This document shows positions 45,701 to 55,205 of a DNA stretch of 64,000 nt, in pieces. The notes beneath the pieces are model-generated. The model was not told where the DNA came from and ran no database searches. It saw only the letters and a list, made by a program, of their open reading frames with translations. Both the position numbers and the translations under genes were made by a program. Source of the DNA: Cyanophora paradoxa CCMP329 (taxonomy: Eukaryota; Plantae; Glaucophyta); assembly GCA_004431415.1 (NCBI GenBank), contig QPMI01000420.1, forward strand, positions 275,099 to 339,098. The letters run 5' to 3'. Position 1 is the first letter of the stretch. Each line of letters begins with the position of its first letter.

Positions 45701-47951
45701 AGTTCACCTTCTCGAAGGAGGTGCTCTCGGGGCGGACGCGCACGTTCGTGGAGGAGTCCCTCCAGCTCGAGGACGTCTGCCCCGAGATGCCCGTCATCCC
45801 CGGCTTCGCCTTCGCCTGCGACACGCGTGCGCCGCCCGTACCCCTGCGCCCCGCCCCGTACCCCGCCGACGCCCCTTGCGCAGATTTCGTGGTGCGGGCG
45901 CCGCAGGACAGCACGGGCAGCGCCTGCGTCCTCGTCATGACGCACGAGGAGGCACGGGAGCGGTACGCGGGCTACATGAACACCTGCTACATCCAGGGGC
46001 GCCTGCCCGCGGGCATCGAGGAGGCGACCGAGACCTGCGACTGGCCCACCGTGTACGGCATGCTGCACCCCTTCATGCCCAACGTCGTCAAGCACCTGGC
46101 GGACAACGGCTACGTGACGGCCGACGAGTTCGGCTACGCGGCGGCCGTCCTCTACGCCTTCAACCTCGTCGGGCCGTGGAACTTCTGCGACAAGCCCGTC
46201 TTCGACCGGGAGCCGCGCGCGGAGATCGAGCCGCCGTCCGAGGGCGCCATGCTGCAGTACTGCGGCATCATCAAGGGCCAGTCGGGCACAGGCAAGTCGA
46301 TGGTGACGCAGATCATGACGGAGTGCCTGCCGCCGGGCCGCGTCTGCGTCTACCGCCCCTCCAAGGGCTCGGCCTTCTCGGAGCACGGCGGCGAGGAGGC
46401 GATCTGCATGGTGATGGCGGAGGGCCTCGACCCTAAGGCCTGCTCGGAGGAGGAGCTCAAGATGCGCTCCGGCGACGCCTACTCCCGCAACTTCAAGAAC
46501 GTCCGCGGCGACGATGTGCGCACCAAGGCGACGCGCAAGGTGCTTGTCATCGTCTGCAACAGCTTCCCGCAGGTGCGCCCGTTCCCCTTCCCCTTCCCCG
46601 GCGCCCTTTCTCACTTGCCCCGGCGCAGCTCGAGAACCGCATGCTCGAGTTCTTCGCCCGCGTCGTCCTGATCCCCCTCGACCACAAGCCGGCCAAGAAG
46701 CGCACCTACCTCCACTCCGACATCCGCGAGAACGAGCTGCCGGCGCTCATGGTCGCGGCCTTCACCTTCGCGTGGAAGATCATCCACGCGCTCTCCGACG
46801 GCAAGGCCTCCTGCATCCAGGCCTTCGAGCCGGCGTGGCTGCGGGCGCAGCGCCTCGGCTTCTGGCAGGAGACGGCCTCCTGTCCCCTCACCCGCTTCAT
46901 CATCGCCCACTGCGCCGTCGACCCCACCACCTACGTCGCCGCCCCGAACACGGAGGGCTACATGACGAGCGTCGCGGGCATCGTCGAGTACATCGCGCGC
47001 ACGGAGGGCCCCGACACCTCCGCCGCCGTCGGCGCCGACATCGAGAACGGCCGGCTGGACGAGACCCTCGCCGGCTTCGGCTCCTGGTGCCGCCCCTACT
47101 CCTACAAGCTCGGCGGCGTCTGGCAGACCTACATCCGCGGCATCGTCCCCAAGGCCCCGCTCTCCCTCGGCGAGAGCCAGCCGGCGCTGGAGGCGATCGC
47201 GATCCCCGTCGCCCAGTTCAAGGACCCGGCGCCCGACGTCGGGCCCTTCCTCGTCAAGCCCCACACCAAGGGCAAGGGCAAGCGCACCCGCAACTCGGCG
47301 CCGGCCTTCCTCCCGCCCCAGCCCCCGCCACGGCCCCCAGCAGCGCCCCGGCCAGCAGCGCATCGACGAGATGCTGCCGCGCCAGGTCCGGCCCCGCGTA
47401 CCCCCCGCCTTCCCTCCCGTACCCCCCCTCCCCCCGCCCCCCTCCTGATCCAAGGGCAGGGTACCCCGACGAACGGCGGCGCGGGCCCGAGCGGCTACGG
47501 GAGCTCGGCCTCCTCCGCGAGCGCCGACGGCCCCAGCCCCCTCCCCGGCCCCGGCGCCGTCCTCACCGCGATCCAGGGCTTCGGGGCCCAGCAGGAGGCC
47601 GAGCGGCGGGCGCTGGCGGCGCGCCAGGCGCGCGAGGCGGAGGAGCGGCGCCAGGCCCTCTGGGCCCAGCGCCTGCAGGAGGCCACCGCCTTCCGCGCCG
47701 AGCTGGAGGCGGGCTTCCGCGCGGAGCGGATGAGCGCGGCGGAGGCCGTGGAGAGCTGGCGGGCGTTCGAGGACGGGACCGTGGAGCTGGCGAAGGGCCT
47801 CGGCTACAGCTACCGGCGGGCGCCGGTGCCCACCTCGTACGCAAGGCGGGCGGCGCGCGAGGCCTCGCGGGCAAAGATCGACGCGGCGGAGGAGCAGGCG
47901 GCGCGCGAGGAGGCCGAGGACAACGCGCGCTTCCGGCACCTGCACCACTGA
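42786..47951 (+). CDS. Multi-exon viral replication protein with C-terminal superfamily-3 (D5-like) helicase
   Basis: Walker A GQSGTGKS, Walker B ICMVMAE, motif C LVIVCNSFP, Arg-finger region FFARVVLIP. Introns at 43113-43179, 43468-43531, 43793-43865, 45360-45513 and 46573-46628 join adjacent ORFs in frame. It could be two genes split in the low-complexity 44.6-45.1 kb region. Confidence 0.8.
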
Positions 47952-47999
47952 GGCCCGAGGCGGTATTTTTTCTCAACCCTCCCTCAATTCGGTCCCGCG

Positions 48000-48187
48000 A
48001 TGGCCTTCGAAGCTTATCCTGCCCACTACTCGCTAGGAGCCCTCGCCGCGACCCTCACCTGGCTCCTCGGCGGCACCCCACGGCCTCGGCGGTCATCGGC
48101 GTGGGCTTTGGCTACGCCGCCAAGAGCCTCTACGCCCCCGGCTGCGCCTCGCAGGCGGCGGCCGGCATGCGCCCCGCCGGGCGCTAA
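48000..48187 (+). CDS. Small hydrophobic viral protein (one probable homopolymer frameshift)
   Basis: MAFEAYPAHYSLGALAATLTWLLGG / TASAVIGVGFGYAAKSLY; upstream TTTTCTCA motif. Confidence 0.5.
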
Positions 48188-48282
48188 CTTTTCAAAGTTC
48201 ATTCTCCCCTCCCCCTTTTCCGAGTTCCGAGTCCGTTGGCGTTCCCTTTTAAATTTTCTTCATTCTCGTTACACGTTCGAAG

Positions 48283-48761
48283 ATGTCGAGCGCGGTAGAG
48301 AAGCTGCTGTGCACCGTGTTCAAATCGGATTCGCGATGCAGCAAGATCGGCGAGGCGGCGAGGGCTAAGGGTGGGGCGGCGGCGGAGGGGCCCAGGGTGA
48401 GGGCGGCGGATCCCGCGCCGCCGTCGCTGAAAACGATCAAGGGGGCGGGCAAGGGCAGGAGCGTGGGGCGCTGCCCCTCGTGGCGATCGCGCCGGGGCAG
48501 AGGGAGGCGGCGCACGCGGCGACGGCGGCGCTGGCCGCGCGGCGCCAGGCGGAGGCCTACCCGTGCCTGGGCCGGGGGCTGCACCCGCCGGCCGGCCGCC
48601 CCTACGCCGTGAGCGCCTACTTCGACGAGGCCAACCGGCTGAGCTGCCAGGAGCTGTGCGACAACCGCATGCGGCGCGCCGTGGACGGGCACCTGCCGCT
48701 GCTGGTGGCGCTGGGCGGCTCGCTCCTGATGGTCTGGTACCTGCGCGGCCTGGTCATTTAG
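48283..48761 (+). CDS. Viral protein with C-terminal TM helix (probable frameshift)
   Basis: ORFs 48283 and 48480 overlap; ends LPLLVALGGSLLMVWYLRGLVI. Confidence 0.55.
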
Positions 48762-48798
48762 ATAGTTTTTCGAAACCCCGGTTGGAAGCTAGCCAAGG

Positions 48799-49125
48799 AT
48801 GAGCTGGCTCGATGCGCTGCTCACGAAGACCTTCGGCCCCAAGGGCCAGCCGCGCCTGCAGTTCGGCGAGATCAACGCGGCGATTGGCGCCACGGTGGAG
48901 ACGAAGAACCGAGAGAACGTCCTGCGCGGCGACGGAGGCGCGTGGGCCGACATTGCGGCGGGCGCCCTGGGCTCCGCGCTCACCGCACCGGGCAAGGCGG
49001 GCCGCGCGCTGACGGACGGGGCCGAGCGCTTCTGGCACTGGCTCAAGGTGGCCGTTGTCATCGCCGCAGCGGTTGTGGCGGGTCTCCTGGTGCTCGAGGC
49101 TCGCGCGCTATTTTCTAAACGCTAG
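48799..49125 (+). CDS. Small viral membrane protein
   Basis: 108 aa, C-terminal TM VAVVIAAAVVAGLLVL. Confidence 0.7.
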   Translation: MSWLDALLTKTFGPKGQPRLQFGEINAAIGATVETKNRENVLRGDGGAWADIAAGALGSALTAPGKAGRALTDGAERFWHWLKVAVVIAAAVVAGLLVLEARALFSKR

Positions 49126-49141
49126 GTAAACCGAGCGAACC

Positions 49142-49516
49142 ATGCGCGGCGGCTCTTCCCCCCGTGTTTCCTTCGCTGAGAACCCGGTGGCGAACGCAGT
49201 CGCCCCTACCCCCCTGGAGCCCGGAGTGAAGCTGGAGCGTGCGAACGCAGTCTCCGTCAAGAAGGCCAAGCGCACGCTGGCGCTGGAAGTCCCGGTCGCG
49301 GAGGATACGGAGAAGGTTGCATTCAACAAGCGCAAGACGTACAAGGCGATACGCGAGGGACAGCTGCTGCCCACGGACTCGGTTCCCGGGCTGCCGGGCA
49401 CCACGGCCGGCGAGCTCCTAGTGCGCAACCTGCGCCTGCAGTACGTCTCCCGCCTCCGCCGCTCCAAGGCCAAGAAGGCGCGCCTGGACTCGGGCGATAG
49501 CAGCTCTAGCTCGTAG
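49142..49516 (+). CDS. Basic viral hypothetical protein
   Basis: 124-aa ATG ORF with upstream ATTTTCTAA motif. Confidence 0.65.
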   Translation: MRGGSSPRVSFAENPVANAVAPTPLEPGVKLERANAVSVKKAKRTLALEVPVAEDTEKVAFNKRKTYKAIREGQLLPTDSVPGLPGTTAGELLVRNLRLQYVSRLRRSKAKKARLDSGDSSSSS

Positions 49517-49543
49517 GGCTCTGTACTGTTGTATTCAATGCCT

Positions 49544-49828
49544 TTACCAGTTCCTGTTCCTATCCCAGAGCACGACTCGGGTGAAGGGCACGGTCATAGC
49601 GAACATGAACTCGGCGAACTTGGCAAAGTTCATCAGGGTTCCCAGGCGGGGATCCTCCCAGTAGATCGCCTCGCGCAGCGCCTCGTAGACGCGCATGAGG
49701 GAGCGCTCGTTCTCCGTCGCGAAGGCGTCGCCGGGCTCGTCGGGGTCGGGATCCGTGAGCTCGGAGTACTCGTCCGAGCTGCCCGCGCTCTCGGCACCTG
49801 CGGCGGGGTCGGGCGAGGGGTCGGGCAT
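49544..49828 (-). CDS. Small acidic viral hypothetical protein
   Basis: 94-aa ORF; upstream ATTTTCTGG motif. Confidence 0.6.
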   Translation of the reverse strand: MPDPSPDPAAGAESAGSSDEYSELTDPDPDEPGDAFATENERSLMRVYEALREAIYWEDPRLGTLMNFAKFAEFMFAMTVPFTRVVLWDRNRNW

Positions 49829-49876
49829 TCTTTGCTGGTAGAAGGGCTAGAAGAGGGACCAGAAAATCACTAGCAA

Positions 49877-50217
49877 TCACGGGCGCCGGAACTCCATCGA
49901 GTCGCCGCGCCAGTACTTGTTGCCGGAGGCGAGCAGCTTCATCGGCTCGCCCGTCGAATCGTGCTTCCAGGCCTCGCCGTCCCAGAGGGCCGTGCCGCCG
50001 TCCTCTAGCTTGAGGCGGTGGCCCGGCTCGAGACGGTTGCCGTCGAGCATGCGGCCGGCCATGAGCGCCAGGTCCCACTCGGTGAGGTTGCGCTGCTCTG
50101 CGGGGTGAGGCCGCGCTCGACGCGCTCGGGCTGGCGCGCCTCGCGCTCCATGCGGCTGAGGCCCACCAGGAAGAAGATGGGCAGGGCAAAGGCCATGAGA
50201 TCTAGCAGGGCCTCCAT
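49877..50217 (-). CDS. Viral protein with N-terminal TM segment (probable frameshift)
   Basis: MEALLDLMAFALPIFFLVGL.. joins NLTEWDLALMAGRMLDG..KYWRGDSMEFRRP; upstream TTTTCTAA motif. Confidence 0.55.
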
Positions 50218-50227
50218 TGGGCAAGAC

Positions 50228-50515
50228 TTAGAAAAGGTTCCGGACCAGGCCCGAGAGCTGCGGGCCCAGGCGCCGGGCGGCGTAGTAGAGCGCGGCCGCC
50301 GCCGCCGCAAGGATCAGCAGGCGCGGCGGGCCGCGCGCCGGCTCCTCCAGCGTCAGGTCCACGGTCTCCGGCCCGCGCGCCGGAGCCGCCAGGATCTCGG
50401 GCTCGGAGCAGAGGGACTTGGGCCCACGGCGGCGGCGCTGCTTGGGCGCCGAGGCGGCGGCGGTGAGAAGGTCCTCAGGCTCCTGCTTGATACCTGCGCA
50501 GTCAGTAAAGTCCAT
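50228..50515 (-). CDS. Small viral protein with C-terminal TM
   Basis: MDFTDCAG..LLILAAAAAALYYAARRLG. Confidence 0.6.
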   Translation of the reverse strand: MDFTDCAGIKQEPEDLLTAAASAPKQRRRRGPKSLCSEPEILAAPARGPETVDLTLEEPARGPPRLLILAAAAAALYYAARRLGPQLSGLVRNLF

Positions 50516-51283
50516 GCTTGCTGGGTACCTTGGAAAATTGTGGGAGGCGTCCGGAGATTGCGAACGTAGGAGGGGGGAGAAATGACGCGGACGCAAAAGA
50601 TTCCGTCATGGGTTTTCCGTCATGGGCTGGAACTTGGACTCGGGACTCGGCCGGGAATTCTCCTGGTAAGTTCGAGACTTGAACTCGGCGGGGTACCCCT
50701 ATGTCCAAATGCCCTAGTGTCCCAGAGTCCTAGTGTCCTAGTGTCCTAGTAGTACTAAGTAGTACTAAGTAGGTGGTATCGATATCTAGCTAGCTAGCGC
50801 TAGCGCTTGCTTAATTAATTACCTGAAAGGTTGCGGAGGTTGCGGACGCGTCACAATTCCGTCATGGGTTTTCCGTCATGGGCTGGAACTTGGACTCGGG
50901 ACTCGGCCGGGAATTCTCCTGGTAAGTTCGAGACTTGAACAAGAACGACGTACCCCTCCTATGACCGTTCTATACTACATTAAAGTATTCATTGATTGTG
51001 AATAACGATAATGTCATAGCAACTTCAGTATGATGTCATAGCAACTTGAAATTACCTTCAAGTCGAATAGAGGGGTACAGAGTCGGTACGTTAGACTTGA
51101 CAAAAACACGTGTATTTTTTTACGCCGAGTTTTGCGGCCGAGTCCCGAGTCCAAGTTCCAGCCCATGACGGAAAACCCATGACGGAATTGTGACGCGTCC
51201 GCAACCTCCGCAACCTTTCAGGTAAATGTCAGGTAACTTCAGGTTAATTAATTAAGCAAGCGCTAGCAAGCACTAGCTAGATA

Positions 51284-51712
51284 TCACAGCTCTACCTTGC
51301 CCAAGTTGATGGTATCTAGCAAGGCCTGCTCCTCCAAGTCTGCACCACCACCGCCTCCCAGCGCTAGCGCTAGCTCGATACCGCCTCCGGCCTTGATCTC
51401 CCTTGGCTCCAGCCACCTGAGAGGCTCAGGCCACCTCCTCCTGGTGAAGCCGGTATCGTTGCTCTTGTCCAGCTTGAGGTAGCGGTAGGGCGCCGGCGCC
51501 GGCCAGTCCGGCCTGTGGCCGCTTGCCTCCTTGGCTATGTCCTTGGGCCTACGCGGTCGCAGGTCCGCCTTGGCCTTCGCCCTCTGCAGGGGGCCCAGCG
51601 CCTTGAACTTCGGTGCCTTGGTCGCCGGCAGGGCCTTGGGCTGGGGCTTCTGGGGCTTCTGCATCTTCACCGCCTTGGGCTTCGGCATCCTTGGCTGCTT
51701 CGATTTCGGCAT
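51284..51712 (-). CDS. Lys/Pro-rich basic viral protein (possible DNA-binding/core protein)
   Basis: MPKSKQPRMPKPKAVKMQKPQKPQPK..; TTTTCTCA motif 16 nt upstream of the ATG. Confidence 0.6.
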   Translation of the reverse strand: MPKSKQPRMPKPKAVKMQKPQKPQPKALPATKAPKFKALGPLQRAKAKADLRPRRPKDIAKEASGHRPDWPAPAPYRYLKLDKSNDTGFTRRRWPEPLRWLEPREIKAGGGIELALALGGGGGADLEEQALLDTINLGKVEL

Positions 51713-51950
51713 ACTTCTTGCTCATAAATGAGAAAAGCGCCTCAAAGTCTGCCTTTATCTCCTCCTTGGACCAGGATGTCATCTGATCCGGGTCACCTGA
51801 GAACGGCGCATCGAACGCCACGTGGAGCGATTTGCAGGCCTGGGCAATCATTGGCTCGGGCCATGCCAGCTCGATCAGCTGAAGGTAGATGTTGAGGGCC
51901 TTGTCGAGCTTGGCGCCCTGGGAGACCAGCTGGGAGATGGCGGGCTCCAT
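51549..51950 (-). CDS. Acidic-tailed viral hypothetical protein overlapping the basic ORF
   Basis: MEPAISQLVSQG..EAPEAPAQG; ATTTTCTGA motif 16 nt upstream of the ATG. Confidence 0.6.
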   Translation of the reverse strand: MEPAISQLVSQGAKLDKALNIYLQLIELAWPEPMIAQACKSLHVAFDAPFSGDPDQMTSWSKEEIKADFEALFSFMSKKYAEIEAAKDAEAQGGEDAEAPEAPAQGPAGDQGTEVQGAGPPAEGEGQGGPATA

Positions 51951-52211
51951 GGTGGGTAGACTAGCATCAGAAAATGGCGCCAAGTTCGAATCTATTTTTT
52001 TACCGGGAGAGTTTGGGCCCGAGTCCCAGGTCCAAGTTCCAGCCCATGACGGAAAAACCCATGACGGAATCTTTCGCGTCCGCGTCACTTCTCCCCCCCC
52101 CCTCCTCAGGTGAGCGCTCACCTGAACCTCACCTGAACGGCCTCTATAAGCACGCGGCACGCGGCGTTCCCCTCACACTCTCAATCTCTCTCAACGCAAC
52201 CAGCAAGCAAC

Positions 52212-52592
52212 ATGGCCCTTGTTGCCCAGTTCTTCGTCGAGGAATACACCGTGCGCGTGATCGGCGAGCCCATTGACCGCGAGGTGGAAGTTCTCAAGGA
52301 CGGCAAAGTAGACGACTGCAAGGACTGCCCCGGTAAGATCCTCCTCATGAAGCTCTCCGACGATGGCTTCTCCTTCACCCTGGTCTCCTGCGCCAAGACC
52401 CAAACCGGACAGACGGCCTACATCGTGACCTTCTCCGCGGGGCGCCTGAACTGCACGCATGTTCAAGTACCCGAGTGGGCCTCGTTCTGCGCGGCGATCT
52501 CTCCCTCAGGCCGCTCCCTCGCCTACACATTCTTTGAGGGGTATCAGTGCAACATCTGGGTCTTGCGGAGGCAGATGGGCTCCCCCAGATGA
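52212..52592 (+). CDS. Beta-rich viral hypothetical protein (may extend to ~52684 via frameshift)
   Basis: ATG in CAACATGG context; AAISPSGRSLAYTF resembles a beta-propeller blade; upstream TATA-type promoter. Confidence 0.6.
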   Translation: MALVAQFFVEEYTVRVIGEPIDREVEVLKDGKVDDCKDCPGKILLMKLSDDGFSFTLVSCAKTQTGQTAYIVTFSAGRLNCTHVQVPEWASFCAAISPSGRSLAYTFFEGYQCNIWVLRRQMGSPR

Positions 52593-52791
52593 AGGTCGAT
52601 CAGCTGCACCAGCAGTGCGGCTACCCCTTTAGCCTTGACGATAGGATGATTTCCTTTGATCTTGATGGCTCTGTATCCCTCTGAAATTGAACGCGTGTTT
52701 TCTGACTTCGTCTGAAGCTCACCTGACGCGGGGCCTTAAGAGGGGCACGGGGCCTCGGTTCCTCACACTTTAACCGTAAGCCAACGAGAGA

Positions 52792-53162
52792 ATGTGCGCC
52801 CCAAGTACTTCACCTGCTGCCTGACCTTCGGCATCTTCGAGTACGAGGCCATGGAAGAGGATCTGGACGAGAACGGCGAGATCTGCTTCAACTACTGCAG
52901 GCTGCTGCGCAACATCTCGCTGGAGTGCCGCAAGGGCGACTGCTTCCAGCACATCATGCTCAATCCCGCCAAGAACGAGATCACCCTGTACGCCGTCGCC
53001 TGCCCCAGCGCCAGATTTAGACTCTCGAATATTCGCGTAGCCGCGATCGAAGCCCTTCCCTCCCCAGTGAGACGAATTGAACACGTGTTTTACCTGAATC
53101 ACCCGAGCGCTCAGCTGAAGTCAGGTGGGGCGCCCTTTAAATATTTTCTAGCGCTAGGCTGA
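52792..53162 (+). CDS. Cys-rich viral hypothetical protein
   Basis: ORF PKYFTCCLTFGIFEYE..; the nearest ATG (52792) is out of frame next to a C-run. Confidence 0.5.
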
Positions 53163-53184
53163 TCGCACACTAAGCTCAGACAAC

Positions 53185-53967
53185 ATGGCCACCGTCCGCA
53201 ACGCCAACGAGATCGACCCCGCCAAGCTCGCCTTCGAGATCGACGCCACCGGCCGCATCAAGGCCAAGTACGACGGCCTGCAGGGCCTCATGATGTACGC
53301 GCCGCCCATGGTCACCATCAACCCCTGCATCAACACAGAGCAAGGCAAGGCGTGGAGCGACGAGAAGAAGGCCTTCGTCATGGAAGAAAACGGCGGATTC
53401 TACACGCTGGACCTCACCGATCTCAGCGCCGTCGACGGCCAGACGAACCCCGCCGCGGACGAGTTCCTCAAGCTGCTCGAGGCCCTGGACGCGAAATTCT
53501 GCGAGTTCGTGCAGCAGAACCAGGCCAAGCTCAAGGTCTCGCCCGGCCGCTCCCTCTCCAAGGACCAGATCTCGGTGCTGCAGACCCCCAGCGTGCGCAT
53601 CAAGGTCGACAAGGAGTCGGGCCAGGCCTTCTACAAGTACCTCAACATGCGCATCCGCACCCAGACGATGGCGGGCAAGCGCAAGACCATCCCCGTCGTC
53701 GACATGTCCAACTACCTCATCACCGAGCGCGCCACCATCGGCACCGGCGACCTGGTGGCCGCCCTCGTCAAAATCGACACCGCCTACGCCATCCCCGAGG
53801 GCAAGTTCGGCCTCAAGTGGTCCTTCCTCGCCGTGCAGCAGTGCAAGGTCGGCGCCTTTCGCTTCGCCGGGCGCGCCCCCGAGCTGGCCTTCAAGCCCTA
53901 CGACAACGAGGCCGATTTCGAGCCCTACCTAAACCCCGAGTCTATGTACGCAGCCCCCATGCAGTAG
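53185..53967 (+). CDS. NCLDV-type single-stranded DNA-binding protein (T7 gp2.5-like OB fold)
   Basis: Pattern YTLDL..FLKLLEALD..GDLVAALVKID..GKFGLKW plus acidic/aromatic C-terminal tail. Confidence 0.7.
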   Translation: MATVRNANEIDPAKLAFEIDATGRIKAKYDGLQGLMMYAPPMVTINPCINTEQGKAWSDEKKAFVMEENGGFYTLDLTDLSAVDGQTNPAADEFLKLLEALDAKFCEFVQQNQAKLKVSPGRSLSKDQISVLQTPSVRIKVDKESGQAFYKYLNMRIRTQTMAGKRKTIPVVDMSNYLITERATIGTGDLVAALVKIDTAYAIPEGKFGLKWSFLAVQQCKVGAFRFAGRAPELAFKPYDNEADFEPYLNPESMYAAPMQ

Positions 53968-54020
53968 CTCGGACGAATAAATTGTGAATTTTTGGTGCAA
54001 TTGATTACAAGCTTTTACAC

Positions 54021-54824
54021 TCAAAGGCCGTTGAACTTGCCGCCCACCGCCTTGGGCTCCGCCGCCGTCGAGGCCGCCGCCTCCGTCACCTCCTTCATCA
54101 CCTCCGGGTTCGCGTTCGCCGCGTGCACCGCCAGCACCGTCTGCACCAGGGCCATCCCCAGGCGCGCCTCGGGCCCCAGGGTCACGTAGCGCGAGTACTT
54201 AATCACCAGCTCCTCTAAGATCGGCTGCACCTGGTCCATCGAAGAGAGCGTCGCCTGCCCGAGCCCGTCGAGCTTCAGGCCGATCGGATCGTACGCCTTG
54301 TTCAGGTGCTCCAGCGAGTGCATGCCCGCGATCAGAAAGAGGCGCGCCGCCTCCAGCGAACCCCGCGTGCTCAGCTCGCGCTGAATCTCCTCGTACTCTT
54401 CCTTCAGCTCGTCCAGCGGCGTCGCCAGGCTCAGCTTCTTCGTGGACGTAAGCTCGCCCCCGAACGAGCGCCTGTACTGCGCGATCTGCCGCAGAACCTG
54501 CTTCTTCTCGTCCACGTCCACCTGCGCCTCGTCGCGCGGCCTCTCCTGCAGGTCGATCCCCAGCGCCTTCTTCACGCTCTGCTCCTTCTTCTTCGTCATT
54601 TCGATGTGCTCCTGCACGCTGAAGCTCGCCCCCTTGCTCGGCGCCGTCGGCGGCACCGTGGGCCCGTCGCCCGGCAGCGCCGTCTTGTCGGCCTTCGGCG
54701 CCTTCTCGCCCTTTTCCTTGCCCTCCTTCGCGGGGCGGCCCTTCTTCCGGGGCTGCGGGATTCCCACGGGGTTCGGCCCGTCCACGGCCAGCGCCTCGAA
54801 GCCAAGCATCGCCGAGGGGTCCAT
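54021..54824 (-). CDS. Conserved NCLDV protein, DUF5767-like
   Basis: LDELKEEYEEI..LEHLNKAYDPIGLKLDGL..ILEELVIKY..LGPEARL resembles the LE.LN..(F/Y)DP....LDG..EL..KY..PE..L signature. Confidence 0.7.
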   Translation of the reverse strand: MDPSAMLGFEALAVDGPNPVGIPQPRKKGRPAKEGKEKGEKAPKADKTALPGDGPTVPPTAPSKGASFSVQEHIEMTKKKEQSVKKALGIDLQERPRDEAQVDVDEKKQVLRQIAQYRRSFGGELTSTKKLSLATPLDELKEEYEEIQRELSTRGSLEAARLFLIAGMHSLEHLNKAYDPIGLKLDGLGQATLSSMDQVQPILEELVIKYSRYVTLGPEARLGMALVQTVLAVHAANANPEVMKEVTEAAASTAAEPKAVGGKFNGL

Positions 54825-54853
54825 CCTTTACGCCTGCCCCTTAGAAATATTTT

Positions 54854-55183
54854 TCACTCCGAGGTCAGCTCGACGAAGAGCTCGATGTAAAGCCAGAGCT
54901 TTTCGCGCAGCTCGGGCCCGCTGCCGTAGAATAGCGAGCGCACGGCCGAGGCGTACTCCTGCGGCAGCCTCTCGAAAACCGAGTCGTCCTTCGCCTTGAT
55001 CAATTCCGCCTCCGCGTTGATGTGCCTCCTGAACAGAACGATGACCGCCGTGGCCCCTATGCCGCGCAGCGACTGGATCTGCGCCCGCACCCCGGGCTCC
55101 TTGGCCTCCGGCTCCAGCAGGTCGAGGAAGCGGCCCCAGCGCGCCTCGATCTGCTCGCCCAGCGTCGCCTCCGTCGCAGCCAT
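54854..55183 (-). CDS. Small helical NCLDV-like protein
   Basis: FLDLL..IKAKDDSVF..REKLWLYIELFVEL pattern; upstream ATTTCTGA motif. Confidence 0.6.
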   Translation of the reverse strand: MAATEATLGEQIEARWGRFLDLLEPEAKEPGVRAQIQSLRGIGATAVIVLFRRHINAEAELIKAKDDSVFERLPQEYASAVRSLFYGSGPELREKLWLYIELFVELTSE

Positions 55184-55205
55184 GTGCTCGCGTGGGCCTC
55201 AGAAA

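Larger units (their letters stand above)
50568..52125. repeat. Four-copy nested direct/inverted repeat block (core TTCCGTCATGGGTTTTCCGTCATGGGCTGGAACTTGGAC)
   Basis: Forward copies ~50568-50684 and 50819-50940; reverse copies 51135-51225 and ~52019-52106. 50819-50909 and 51135-51225 form a perfect 91-bp inverted repeat around a 225-bp AT-rich spacer. Confidence 0.93.

Noticed and set aside
39488-47951. HUH endonuclease or primase domain in the intron-containing genes
   Set aside because: I could not identify convincing HUH/YxxK or AEP motifs by eye; requires a profile or structure search.
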